Source: an uncultured Lachnospiraceae bacterium
GTDB lineage: Bacteria; Bacillota; Clostridia; Christensenellales; UBA1242
Length of the DNA stretch: 47,423 bases
Reading direction: 5' to 3'
Assembly: GCA_964541815.1 (NCBI GenBank)
Contig: CAZIRI010000002.1
Location: forward strand, 21,074-68,496
The position numbers were made by a program, and so were the translations under genes. Below are positions 38,311 through 47,266 of the stretch, piece after piece; the first letter of the stretch is position 1; the number at the start of each line of letters is the position of its first letter. The notes under the pieces are model-generated. The model saw only the letters and a list, made by a program, of their open reading frames with translations. It was not told the DNA's origin and did no database searches.

Positions 38311-38784
38311 TTAATAACTTGTCAAAATCATGGGGAAAGCCACAACAATATCATTTTCTCTCTCAACAATTTGGCAGTTCACTTTCTTATTTTCAACAGC
38401 AACACTCTTTTTCCAGCAAGAAACAAAGAGATATGTCACATTTTTCTCATCAATTTTTTCAGAAAAAACAATTTCACCACCAAGTTTTTCTTCAATTTCA
38501 GACAAAGTTGCCCCAACAATATAAAATTGAATGGAATCAACATCATCAAAATTCAAATCTCTATTTTTTATTTCATCAAAAGTCCCATAATGAAAAATTT
38601 TGTCCCCACAAACAACGGAAGATATCGAATCGTCGTCATATTCCCACTCCTTGTCATCAACAACACACACCCGAACAACATCAAAATTTCCAAAAATGGA
38701 ATAAATTGTTTTTTCCAAATTCGAAAAGCAAAAACACGAACACAGACAACTCAAAATCAACAGTCCAACAATTATTTTCTTCAT
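38311..38784 (-). CDS. YwmB-like protein (signal/TM at the N-terminus)
   Basis: C-terminal KVNCQIVERENDIVVAFPMILTSY resembles the YwmB-family end (N.QIA.R....I.G.P.I...Y); position upstream of spoIIQ/spoIIID matches the ywmB-murA-spoIID region. Confidence 0.6.
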   Translation of the reverse strand: MKKIIVGLLILSCLCSCFCFSNLEKTIYSIFGNFDVVRVCVVDDKEWEYDDDSISSVVCGDKIFHYGTFDEIKNRDLNFDDVDSIQFYIVGATLSEIEEKLGGEIVFSEKIDEKNVTYLFVSCWKKSVAVENKKVNCQIVERENDIVVAFPMILTSY

Positions 38785-38859
38785 ACAATATATAATTGAC
38801 ACAAAAATGAGAAATAAAACAAAAAAACATATTGAAATCAATACGCTTTTTTCAAAAAT

Positions 38860-39177
38860 TTAATTTATACCCGCATTCACAATCAAAAAGACAATATATC
38901 CAATCGCAGCAACTGACAAAACAAGCAAAAACCACAACAAAGGTTTTGTGTTTACAGGCTTTTTTTCTTTCTTTTTTTCAATTTTTTGCTCTTTTTTCTC
39001 AACATTTTTTGCAATTTCTGGCATTTTTTCAGTTTTCACACCATTAGGAATATTTGGTTTTGCAAAATCAGTGCTGTTTGGCACTTGTTGAGGTCTTTCA
39101 ACAACAGGTTCAGTTTTTGCCTCCAAATGTGGTGGAATGGGTGGTTTTCGTGGTGGAACAAAATTATTATCAGGCAT
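38860..39177 (-). CDS. Small Pro/Lys-rich protein with C-terminal TM helix (105 aa)
   Basis: SD AAGGAG before ATG 39177; MPDNNFVPPRKPPIPPH..., KKEQKIEKKKEKK, then LLWFLLVLSVAAIGYIVFLIV. Confidence 0.7.
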   Translation of the reverse strand: MPDNNFVPPRKPPIPPHLEAKTEPVVERPQQVPNSTDFAKPNIPNGVKTEKMPEIAKNVEKKEQKIEKKKEKKPVNTKPLLWFLLVLSVAAIGYIVFLIVNAGIN

Positions 39178-39254
39178 ATACAACTCCTTATATTTATATA
39201 TTTTAACTAAAAAAAGAAAAAAAGTCCAACAAATTAAAACATTTGTCAAACTTT

Positions 39255-40634
39255 TTACATTTTCCCCTTTCGTCTTCTTTTATCTCGCTCCATTCTGAAG
39301 TTTTCGATTTGTTTTCTTCTAAACTCTTGACTTTCAGATTGCAATTCACGACATTTTCTTGTCCAACAATATTTTTTGTTGCCAATGACCGTGTCATATG
39401 AAACAACAATCAACCCCTGAATTAGATAGAAGTAGTAAGAGCAAAACCTCCAAGCAAGCAACGCCCAAAAAGTATTCCCAGCCAAATATCCACTGAAAAG
39501 AACGGTGAACGACAACTCATTCATTCCCGTCCCACCAGGCAATGGGATGAAACTTGCCGCCAGTTCAATCAACGCTGTGCAAACAAAGCATTCAAAAAAA
39601 CTCACTCCTTCCGCTCCAAATGCCATGCAAATGAAATATGGAATTGAAAAAAGCAAACACACTCTTGCGATGTTGAGAACAAATTGTAAAAACAAGTCAT
39701 ATCTTGCTTTCGAGTATTCTTTGATAACTTTTTGATAGTCTTCAACAAGCGTTATAACTTTTGTGTAATTTTTGTCATAATCTTTCAATAGTCTTATTTT
39801 ACAAAGAAATCTGATACACCACGAAACAACTTTACTCCCCGCCTTTTTTGATATTGACAGGAAAAGAACCATTGACACCATAAATAGTGTGATAATAAAG
39901 CCCGCAACACTCAAAATTGAAACAACTGAACTCATGTGATTTGTGAATGAAATCACAAGACAAATACCTGTCACAAAAAGCCATGAAATATTTTGGAAAA
40001 GAAGTTTTGACAAAGGTGTTGCAAGTGCCGTTGCCCCAGGGACATCACGACTTGTCAAATATCCAATCATAAATGGTTGTCCGCCCGCAGCAAAGGGTGT
40101 CACCGAATCATAATAACGCAAGGTCGCAAACGATTTATATGCCAAAATCCACCTTGAACGCAAGGTTTTTCTGTATAGCATTCTGTGAATTGATGTCGTG
40201 TCAACAAAAACAATCAAAAGCAGGAAAAATAATGCCAAAAGCAAGTATCCAAAATTCAATTTAAGCAAAGAAAGTGGGGTAAAATTGTCTGATGACAAAA
40301 TATTCCAAGTCAAAATCCCTGCGACAATGACAATGTTGAAAATAAAGAATACAACAGTTGTTATTTTCTTCTTTTTTGTGTTTTTCTTTGATTCAGCAAC
40401 TTCTTTTTGAGCCTGAACAATTTTTTCTTCAACAATTTTTGTCTCTTCTTCGCTCAATTGTTTGCTGTTTAATTCCGCAAGTTTTTTTTCTCGCCTTGCC
40501 TCAATTTTGCTTTTTATGCGTGAAAAAAGATTTTGTTTTGCAGGTTTTTCAAGCCCATAAACAAAATTTCTCTCCATTTCATTATTTTGAGAATTTTTCT
40601 CTTCTACTTCAATTTTTTCAGAATCTTTTTTCAC
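39255..40634 (-). CDS. Lysylphosphatidylglycerol-synthase TM-region / MprF-flippase-like (UPF0104/YbhN) membrane protein with charged N-terminal extension
   Basis: YYDSVTPFAAGGQPF and FIPLPGGTGMNELSF motifs, ALLAWRFCSYY, multiple TM helices. The ORF-track TTG start (40673) is actually the promoter -35; GTG 40634 is the likely start. Confidence 0.85.
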   Translation of the reverse strand: MKKDSEKIEVEEKNSQNNEMERNFVYGLEKPAKQNLFSRIKSKIEARREKKLAELNSKQLSEEETKIVEEKIVQAQKEVAESKKNTKKKKITTVVFFIFNIVIVAGILTWNILSSDNFTPLSLLKLNFGYLLLALFFLLLIVFVDTTSIHRMLYRKTLRSRWILAYKSFATLRYYDSVTPFAAGGQPFMIGYLTSRDVPGATALATPLSKLLFQNISWLFVTGICLVISFTNHMSSVVSILSVAGFIITLFMVSMVLFLSISKKAGSKVVSWCIRFLCKIRLLKDYDKNYTKVITLVEDYQKVIKEYSKARYDLFLQFVLNIARVCLLFSIPYFICMAFGAEGVSFFECFVCTALIELAASFIPLPGGTGMNELSFTVLFSGYLAGNTFWALLAWRFCSYYFYLIQGLIVVSYDTVIGNKKYCWTRKCRELQSESQEFRRKQIENFRMERDKRRRKGKM

Positions 40635-40644
40635 AACTATCACA

Positions 40645-40692
40645 ATTTTAGCAAAAAAACAGCCCCTTGTCAATTTAATAGGGGCGGTTTTT
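40645..40692 (-). promoter_or_regulatory. SigA promoter (TTGACA-17-TAAAAT) whose -35 lies in the loop of the upstream gene's terminator hairpin
   Basis: TTGACA 40673-40668, TAAAAT 40650-40645 with extended TG; hairpin GCCCCT(12 nt loop)AGGGGC followed by TGTTTTTTT. Confidence 0.8.
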
Positions 40693-40693
40693 G

Positions 40694-42490
40694 TTATTCT
40701 TCATACAAACTTTTCAAATTTGCTTCAAAATATTTGATTGATTTGCAATCATGCTTCAATTTGTTCATATTCATTGATGTGAAATCTGAAAAATTGTCGC
40801 TTTCACATTCACTATACAAAACATCAAGCAATGTTTTTTGTGAGAAAATATTTGTTCTTGTTGAAGCAAAAACATTGATTGCTTCATTCGTCTTCACTGA
40901 AACACTTCCGTTGACAACTGGGAACAAATTGTCAATTTTCCCAGCATAGAAGAAAATGTAATATGCATCATCTGTTTGAACAACTTCTGATATATCCCCA
41001 ACTTTCACATCTCCGCCATTATACAATGAAACGATTGCAGATTTGATTGCATCATCATCAAAATCATCACTTGTGACAGCATTATTGTCTTTGTCAACAC
41101 CAAAAACTGCATTGTAGTCAGCATTTTTGTATGTGTCATCATCATTATATAAATAGAAATATTTTTTGAACGCATCCGCTTTTTGCAATGCAACCGCATT
41201 GTTTATTTCGTCAGCATTTTCATCAGTCGAATATTTCCCAGCACTTGTCACCGCTTTTGAAATTTGCGTATAAAGTTCATTTATTGAGATTTTTTCATTG
41301 GTGTCTTCGCCCTTTTCATTTCTGATTGTGACGATTTTGTTGCCCATATTGTTTATTTCAGCAACTTTTTCATTGTATGTTTGAGCATCAATTTTTCCAT
41401 TTGCTTTTTGTGTGTCCAAATCTGACAAAGTTGTTTTTCTCTCAATCTTTATTGGTGCGATATAGAAATAGTTTGTTGCATCAGTTCCTGTCAAAATATA
41501 ATCAACATCACCAACACTGCTTAACATATTTGATGCATAAGTTGTCGTGTCTATCGCTGTTGCATATGAATTGTAGTCAACAGCAACTTTGTTTTTGTAT
41601 GTTTCCACAATCTTGTTTGCCGTGACAGATGAAGCAACGCTATCTTCCTTTGCATATTGATTGTATATTGTTTCATAGACAGTTGAATAGTAGTTTGTTT
41701 TCATAATTTGATAAATTCTATCGAACTCGAAAAGCATGCAATCTTTGTTTGTGTTGAAAGTGATGTATGAATAATTTTCTTTCACAATTTTCAGATATTT
41801 GTCCAAAGCCTTTTGCCAAGCCTTTTTGCTTGAATCTCCACCACTTGTGATTGCGTTTTGAACGCAATCATACATTTTCTCTTTGAACTTCTCAACTTCA
41901 AAATTGTATGCTTCCCCGTCAAGTTTCCCGAGTGCATCGACATATTCAGTTGTGCTTTTTGTTGTTGTCACACGAGAACTCTTTTCAAATGAGATGTTTC
42001 CATTTTTATCCACAACAATTTTGAAACTGCTTGTATATTCACTTGTGTAGCCATCATAAACTGATGAGGAAGAGTCGTCAGAGTCTTCATCTTCATCATC
42101 ACTGTTGTTGTCAAGATATGATTTCAAGTTTGAAATAAATCCGTCATAAGTTGAAGACCACAAATATGAAGTTTCATTGTCATTCAAAACATATCCAGAG
42201 TCCACAACGGCCTTTGAAGTCAACTTGCTTTCAACGACAGTGTCCAAAGTCTCCATAATTGCTTCTTTTAGTGTCATGCCATAGTTGTCAACATAGTTGT
42301 ATCCATAACTTGAATATGCAGTGATAAGTTCTCTCTTTGAGATGTCTTCTTTTATCCCGTCGCCATAGGTGATTGTTGCGACAGTCGCAGTGTAATATGT
42401 TTTGTCGTCAGTCGTGACAAGGTTGCAACCTGCAAACATTGACACACTTAAAACAAATGCAAGCAATAATGATAAGATTTTTTTCTTCAC
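40694..42490 (-). CDS. Enlarged PrsA/SurA-like foldase lipoprotein with degenerate parvulin domain
   Basis: GTG 42490 with SD GGAG; lipobox FAG-C; SurA-N-like EDISKRELITAY; parvulin-like C-terminal KVGDISEVVQTDDAYYIFF; sits after mfd, where prsA lies in many Clostridia. Confidence 0.65.
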   Translation of the reverse strand: MKKKILSLLLAFVLSVSMFAGCNLVTTDDKTYYTATVATITYGDGIKEDISKRELITAYSSYGYNYVDNYGMTLKEAIMETLDTVVESKLTSKAVVDSGYVLNDNETSYLWSSTYDGFISNLKSYLDNNSDDEDEDSDDSSSSVYDGYTSEYTSSFKIVVDKNGNISFEKSSRVTTTKSTTEYVDALGKLDGEAYNFEVEKFKEKMYDCVQNAITSGGDSSKKAWQKALDKYLKIVKENYSYITFNTNKDCMLFEFDRIYQIMKTNYYSTVYETIYNQYAKEDSVASSVTANKIVETYKNKVAVDYNSYATAIDTTTYASNMLSSVGDVDYILTGTDATNYFYIAPIKIERKTTLSDLDTQKANGKIDAQTYNEKVAEINNMGNKIVTIRNEKGEDTNEKISINELYTQISKAVTSAGKYSTDENADEINNAVALQKADAFKKYFYLYNDDDTYKNADYNAVFGVDKDNNAVTSDDFDDDAIKSAIVSLYNGGDVKVGDISEVVQTDDAYYIFFYAGKIDNLFPVVNGSVSVKTNEAINVFASTRTNIFSQKTLLDVLYSECESDNFSDFTSMNMNKLKHDCKSIKYFEANLKSLYEE

Positions 42491-42543
42491 AATTTTCTCC
42501 ATAAATTTTATTTGCTCAAACCTATTGAGCGTCTAACCATTTT

Positions 42544-42572
42544 ATTATAAATCATTTTTTCATAAATTTCAA
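42544..42572 (-). promoter_or_regulatory. SigA promoter of the PrsA-like gene
   Basis: TTGAAA, 17 bp, TATAAT; a small leader hairpin GCTCAA/TTGAGC lies at 42514-42530. Confidence 0.75.
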
Positions 42573-42590
42573 GCAAAAGTTTGCATTTTC

Positions 42591-45500
42591 TCAATCTTTT
42601 TTGAAACCCAGTGCATTTGAGAAAATTTCAATCAATAAATCGAGTTTTTCAACAACTTTCCCTTGAACATTCACTTTTAGAATAGGCAAATCTTCAAATT
42701 TTAAGCACGCATCATAAAATTTGACAACATCCGACAATCTTTTATCAATAATTTCTTCCGTTTTATAGAAAAAAACTGAACATTCGTTTGAATTTACACG
42801 AATTTTGCACACCCCAAATTCACTTGCCATGTTTTTTAGGTATGCAATTTTACACAAATTTTCGACTTCAACAGGCAAATCACCATTCATTTCAACAAGT
42901 TCTTCACTCACCTGTCTCAATTCAGTTGCATTTGAAATTTTGCTAATTTTGTCATAAAAAACAATTCTTTCTTCTTGCGACACAATATATTCTTCACTGA
43001 TATACGCATCGAGTGTGATTTCAACCTTAATTTCTTTTGAAGATGCAACTTTTTGCCCAGAAATTTCTCTTGTCACCTCTTCCAAAAGTTTGACATACAT
43101 ATCATATCCAACTTTTTGCATATGCCCGTGTTGCTCTTTGCCTAAAACATTTCCCGCCCCACGAATTTCTAGGTCACGCATTGCAATTTTGAAACCGCTT
43201 CCAAGTTCTCTAAATTCCTTGATTGCGTCAAGTCGCTTGTATGCATCTTCCGTCAAAACCTTTCCGCCGTCATAGGTCAAATATGCATAAGCAAGTTTGT
43301 CCGCACGCCCAATTCTTCCACGAATTTGATAGAGTTGCGAAAGCCCCAGCCTGTCACAATCCACAACAAAAAGCGTGTTTAACGCTGGCAAATCAATCCC
43401 GTTTTCAATCAAAGTTGTTGAAATGAAAACATTGTATTTATCATCATACAAATCGCTTATCGTCTTTGAAAGTTCACTTTCAAGCATCTGCCCATGTGCA
43501 ACTCCTATTTTTGCCCTTGGCAAAAGACTTGCAACATGTGACCTAAACTGATAAATCTCTTCCACTTTGTTAAAAAGTATCAATGCCTTGCCATTTCTTG
43601 ACAACTCCCGTGAAACAACATCAACAAGAAGTTGGTCACTGTATGGAGTCACATATGTTTGAATTGGAAGCCTGTCCTTTGGAGGAGTTGCAATCACACT
43701 TATATCACGAATGCCCGAAAGTGACATGTGCAAAGTTCGTGGAATTGGTGTTGCAGACAAAGTCAAAACATCAATATCTGTCTTCATTTTCTTTATTTTT
43801 TCCTTGTCTTTAACTCCAAATCTCTGCTCTTCATCAAGCACCAAAAGCCCCAAATCCTTAAACTTCAAATTTTTATTCAAAATCTTGTGAGTGCCAATCA
43901 AAACATCAATTTTCCCGTCCGCAACTTTTTTGTATATTTCCTTTGTTTGCTTGTCGTTTTTGAAACGATTTAACACTTCAACTCGAATTCCAAACCCAGC
44001 CATTCTTTGCATGGTAGAGCGGAAATGTTGCTCACTCAAAATTGTTGTTGGACACAAAAATGCCACTTGTTTTCCGTTATAAACAGCCTTAAAAATCGCC
44101 CTCAAAGCAACTTCGGTTTTTCCAAATCCAACATCGCCACAAATGAGTCTATCCATGATTTTGGATGATTCCATATCACCGTCGACATCTTGCACTGCTT
44201 GCAGTTGGTCGGGAGTTAATTCAAACTGAAACGAATCGGAAAATTGCTTTTCAAGTTCTTCATCACGAGAAAAAACAAAGCCTTTTGCATTTTCTCTTTC
44301 CTTGTATATTTTCGCAAGAGCAATTGCAACTTCTTTCAAATCCTCTTTGACTTTTGCTTTGAGTTTGTTCCACTCACTCGTGCCAAGCGAATTGACTTTT
44401 GGGACATCTCCGCCAACATAGGCAGTCAAGAGATTTGTTTGTTCGGACGGCAAATACAACAATGCACCATTTTTGTATTCAATAACAAAATAATCTTTTT
44501 CAAACAAAGACAATTTCATTCTGACGATGTCTTTACAATGTCCAATTCCATAAAAAGAATGAACAACATAATCCCCAATTTTTGGCAAATACGAAAAATT
44601 TTGCTTTCCAGAACGGAAATCTGTGTGCTGGGACTTATACATATCGTCAGTGCCAATTCCAACAACAAATTTATCCAAAAAACTGAAAGAATATGGAAAA
44701 TAATCTCTACATAAAAATACTTTTGTGTCAGAAACAATTTCATTTGCAAAAACTCTGTAATCAATTTTGTTTGTCAGCAAAAATTCTTGCAAAATATCAA
44801 AATATTTTCCTCCAAACAAAAAAATTCTTTGCCCCGCTTTTGCGTATAATTCTATGTCTTTTTTCAGTGACAAAAAGTCGGTTATATAACTTTTTTGTCC
44901 CAAAGTTTTGTTTTCAAAAGTGGATTTTGTCGTGTTTGAAAAAACAACACATTTATTCAAATTCAAAGAGTCAAAATCAAAAAACAAATCATCTTTGCTC
45001 CATGATAATTCCTCTCTCCCCTTTTTCAAAAGTTGGCATTCATTTGAAATTTTTGTCGGTTCATCGACAATTATCTCATCACACAAATCACAAATTGAAT
45101 TATCTCCAAATTTCAAAAAAAGTGGAAAAATGTTCAAATTTTCAACAAAATTTTGCGTTTTCATGGTCGAAAAATCAAAATTTATCATTTTTTCTATTGA
45201 GTCATCAAAAAATTCCAACCTAACAGGGAGTTCTTGGTCGCCCGCAAAAATGTCAACAACATCGCCACGAACAGCAAACTGCCCAACACTTGTCACATAG
45301 TCAACTCTTTCATATCCAAAATCAATAAGTCGTTTTTTTAGCGTTTCAATAGGAAATTCTTTCCCTTTTTCAAGTTTCAATCTCTCATCCAAAAAATCCA
45401 TATCAAATTTTGTTGAAAGTGAAGACGGCAAGAAAATAAGTGCGTCAAGTTTGTAGTTTATAAAAGAAGAAATTGCTCTTGCAAAAGGCATCAAATTTGG

Positions 45501-45725
45501 GTCATTTTCCTCTTCATTTTCCCTTCCACAAGAAACAATTTCAACTTTTTTATCACACTCAACAAGCCCTTTTTTCAACTTGCTTGCTGTGACAAAATCA
45601 GCACAAATATACACAAATCGATTTTTGCAAGCACAATAAAGAACTTTTTCGCCAATAAAAAATCCGCCCAACTGTTTTTTGTTTGGCATCACATCTTTTT
45701 GAAGAATATCTAACAAATTTTTCAT
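42591..45725 (-). CDS. mfd: Transcription-repair coupling factor Mfd
   Basis: RID IGDYVVHSFYGIG, CGDVGFGKTEVA, DEEQRFGV, LSATPIPRTL, QIRGRIGR, RDLEIRGAGNVLG, C-terminal TRCF domain. Confidence 0.98.
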   Translation of the reverse strand: MKNLLDILQKDVMPNKKQLGGFFIGEKVLYCACKNRFVYICADFVTASKLKKGLVECDKKVEIVSCGRENEEENDPNLMPFARAISSFINYKLDALIFLPSSLSTKFDMDFLDERLKLEKGKEFPIETLKKRLIDFGYERVDYVTSVGQFAVRGDVVDIFAGDQELPVRLEFFDDSIEKMINFDFSTMKTQNFVENLNIFPLFLKFGDNSICDLCDEIIVDEPTKISNECQLLKKGREELSWSKDDLFFDFDSLNLNKCVVFSNTTKSTFENKTLGQKSYITDFLSLKKDIELYAKAGQRIFLFGGKYFDILQEFLLTNKIDYRVFANEIVSDTKVFLCRDYFPYSFSFLDKFVVGIGTDDMYKSQHTDFRSGKQNFSYLPKIGDYVVHSFYGIGHCKDIVRMKLSLFEKDYFVIEYKNGALLYLPSEQTNLLTAYVGGDVPKVNSLGTSEWNKLKAKVKEDLKEVAIALAKIYKERENAKGFVFSRDEELEKQFSDSFQFELTPDQLQAVQDVDGDMESSKIMDRLICGDVGFGKTEVALRAIFKAVYNGKQVAFLCPTTILSEQHFRSTMQRMAGFGIRVEVLNRFKNDKQTKEIYKKVADGKIDVLIGTHKILNKNLKFKDLGLLVLDEEQRFGVKDKEKIKKMKTDIDVLTLSATPIPRTLHMSLSGIRDISVIATPPKDRLPIQTYVTPYSDQLLVDVVSRELSRNGKALILFNKVEEIYQFRSHVASLLPRAKIGVAHGQMLESELSKTISDLYDDKYNVFISTTLIENGIDLPALNTLFVVDCDRLGLSQLYQIRGRIGRADKLAYAYLTYDGGKVLTEDAYKRLDAIKEFRELGSGFKIAMRDLEIRGAGNVLGKEQHGHMQKVGYDMYVKLLEEVTREISGQKVASSKEIKVEITLDAYISEEYIVSQEERIVFYDKISKISNATELRQVSEELVEMNGDLPVEVENLCKIAYLKNMASEFGVCKIRVNSNECSVFFYKTEEIIDKRLSDVVKFYDACLKFEDLPILKVNVQGKVVEKLDLLIEIFSNALGFKKD

Positions 45726-45735
45726 AAAATTCTCG

Positions 45736-46248
45736 CTAATTTGGATTTTTCACTTTTTGGCAAACCATTTCAACCGCTTTTTCAATCACAGGAAAAAAAA
45801 AGTTTCTGTCGAAACGAGATAAAACATAATCCGCCAAATCTTTTGAGATATCTCTCCCAATGCCGATTTTCACTCTTTCAAAATCTTGCCCAATATATGA
45901 CACAATACTTCGAAGCCCGTTATGCGTTCCGCCCGAACCACGCAAACGATATCTAACATATCCCTGTGGCAAATCGATATCATCGACAACAACCAAAATT
46001 CTTGCATCCCTAAACTTTTTTCTTATCATAGAGACACATTCACCACTCAAATTCACATAGGTTTGTGGTTTGACAAGCAAAACTTTTTCGCCGTCAATAA
46101 ACCCCTCACCCACAAGGGCCTTATATTTTTCTCTGTCAATGCTCACGCCAATTTTTTTTGCCAAAGCGTCAACAGTTTCAAAACCCATATTGTGATAAGT
46201 TCCGCAATACTTTTGCCCAGGGTTTCCAATTCCAACAATAACAACCAT
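45736..46248 (-). CDS. pth: Peptidyl-tRNA hydrolase
   Basis: VGIGNPG..Y..T.HNMGF, KPQTYVNLSG, DDIDL, GGTHNGLRSI. Confidence 0.97.
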   Translation of the reverse strand: MVVIVGIGNPGQKYCGTYHNMGFETVDALAKKIGVSIDREKYKALVGEGFIDGEKVLLVKPQTYVNLSGECVSMIRKKFRDARILVVVDDIDLPQGYVRYRLRGSGGTHNGLRSIVSYIGQDFERVKIGIGRDISKDLADYVLSRFDRNFFFPVIEKAVEMVCQKVKNPN

Positions 46249-46257
46249 TTCAGCACC

Positions 46258-47097
46258 CTAAATTTTTTGATTTACAATTTTTGCGAAAGGTCCAACAACC
46301 CTCCCGCTCTCAATTTTGCTTTTTTCAAGATAACTTTGACAAACAAAACATTCGTCACAAACTATCGTGTCCAAAATGTAATTCCCACTTTCAAGAATAA
46401 CATTTTTTCCAATATAACTCTCGCCTTTCAAAATGTTGTTTGGATAAACAACTGTCCCCGCTTCAATCTCAACATCCGCATCAACAAAAATTGTGTTCTC
46501 TCCAAAGAAAACAACCCCATTTTGTTTGTGATAATCCAAAATTCTTCCATTCAAAATTTTGAAAGCGATTGAAATTGCTTGTGCGTTGTCAACAACAAAA
46601 AATTCTTCTTTCCCAAGATTGTCAACATTGGTTTCAAGCAAAATTCGGGCAGTTTTCAAATAATCTGCACGAAAAACAAATCCACGAGTCAATTTCATAA
46701 CATTCAGTCCGCTGTTTGCAAATCTGTTCATAATGTCAACAAAAGTTGTTTTTTGAAGAAGCGGTGTGTCGCCATATAAAAATGCAACATATTCAAATTT
46801 TTCATACACATCATTTTCAACAACCTTTCTCAAAGTCGCCAAAATATTGTCTTCGTCAACATCAATCAAAACTTGCTCGCAACATGAAGACGCAAGACGC
46901 ACCCAGTCGATGATTTTTTTTCCACACAAATCAAATTCAGAAGACACTTTTCCGTGCGTGTGAGAAATTGCCACCAAAGTTTTGCCAGCATCCCAAATTT
47001 TGCTTTTTTCATTTTCAGTTTTGAGTTCAACATTGTTCAAAAAGTCGAAATTTATTCGATTTTCTTCAATTTTCACATTTTCAATTTCAGTTATCAT
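46258..47097 (-). CDS. Degenerate GlmU-like protein (279 aa): partial nucleotidyltransferase fold plus the start of the left-handed beta-helix
   Basis: LYGDTPLL; VDN...ILNGRILDYHKQNGV...TIFVDADVEI..GTVVYP...GPFA matches the GlmU linker/LbH start; no LAAGxGTRM motif; ends at GPFA; occupies the glmU position upstream of pth-mfd. Confidence 0.75.
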   Translation of the reverse strand: MITEIENVKIEENRINFDFLNNVELKTENEKSKIWDAGKTLVAISHTHGKVSSEFDLCGKKIIDWVRLASSCCEQVLIDVDEDNILATLRKVVENDVYEKFEYVAFLYGDTPLLQKTTFVDIMNRFANSGLNVMKLTRGFVFRADYLKTARILLETNVDNLGKEEFFVVDNAQAISIAFKILNGRILDYHKQNGVVFFGENTIFVDADVEIEAGTVVYPNNILKGESYIGKNVILESGNYILDTIVCDECFVCQSYLEKSKIESGRVVGPFAKIVNQKI

Positions 47098-47103
47098 ATT
47101 TAT

Positions 47104-47132
47104 ATTATAAATTTGTCAAATAATTTTGTCAA
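47104..47132 (-). promoter_or_regulatory. Perfect-consensus SigA promoter, leaderless start of the glmU-like/pth/mfd operon
   Basis: TTGACA (47132-47127), 17 bp, TATAAT (47109-47104), 6 nt, ATG 47097. Confidence 0.88.
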
Positions 47133-47266
47133 CAAACTGACAAAACAAAACAGCCCTCACTCACACAAAAACAATGCATTTTAACAAAATTTTCTTCATT
47201 TTGAATAAGAAATTGGAAGAATAAACACAATTTCACTTAAAATCATTTTTATAAAAATTTTTTTTG

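Noticed and set aside
40634-40673. ORF-track starts at 40673, 10485, 37365, 38298, 39249, 38841, 5989, 4507, 15884, 37631, 6665 and 42502
   Set aside because: They are upstream near-cognate or alternative codons lying in promoter, SD or leader DNA (40673 is the TTG of a -35 TTGACA). Downstream starts with an SD, a leaderless -10 or a better N-terminal signal sequence are better supported.
5998-42593. Possible stop-codon reassignment (TGA as Trp/Gly), as in some reduced Firmicutes-derived lineages
   Set aside because: Several genes, including mfd, end at TGA at their expected C-termini, and long ORFs are intact under code 11.
137-47184. Numerous plus-strand ORFs of 60-220 aa in the track (e.g. 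948..1394, 14416..15081, 22110..22640, 45922..46572)
   Set aside because: They are antisense shadows of well-supported minus-strand genes, with no SD or promoter and no recognisable motifs. Only 4614..4829, 15939..16313 and 47283.. are accepted on the plus strand.
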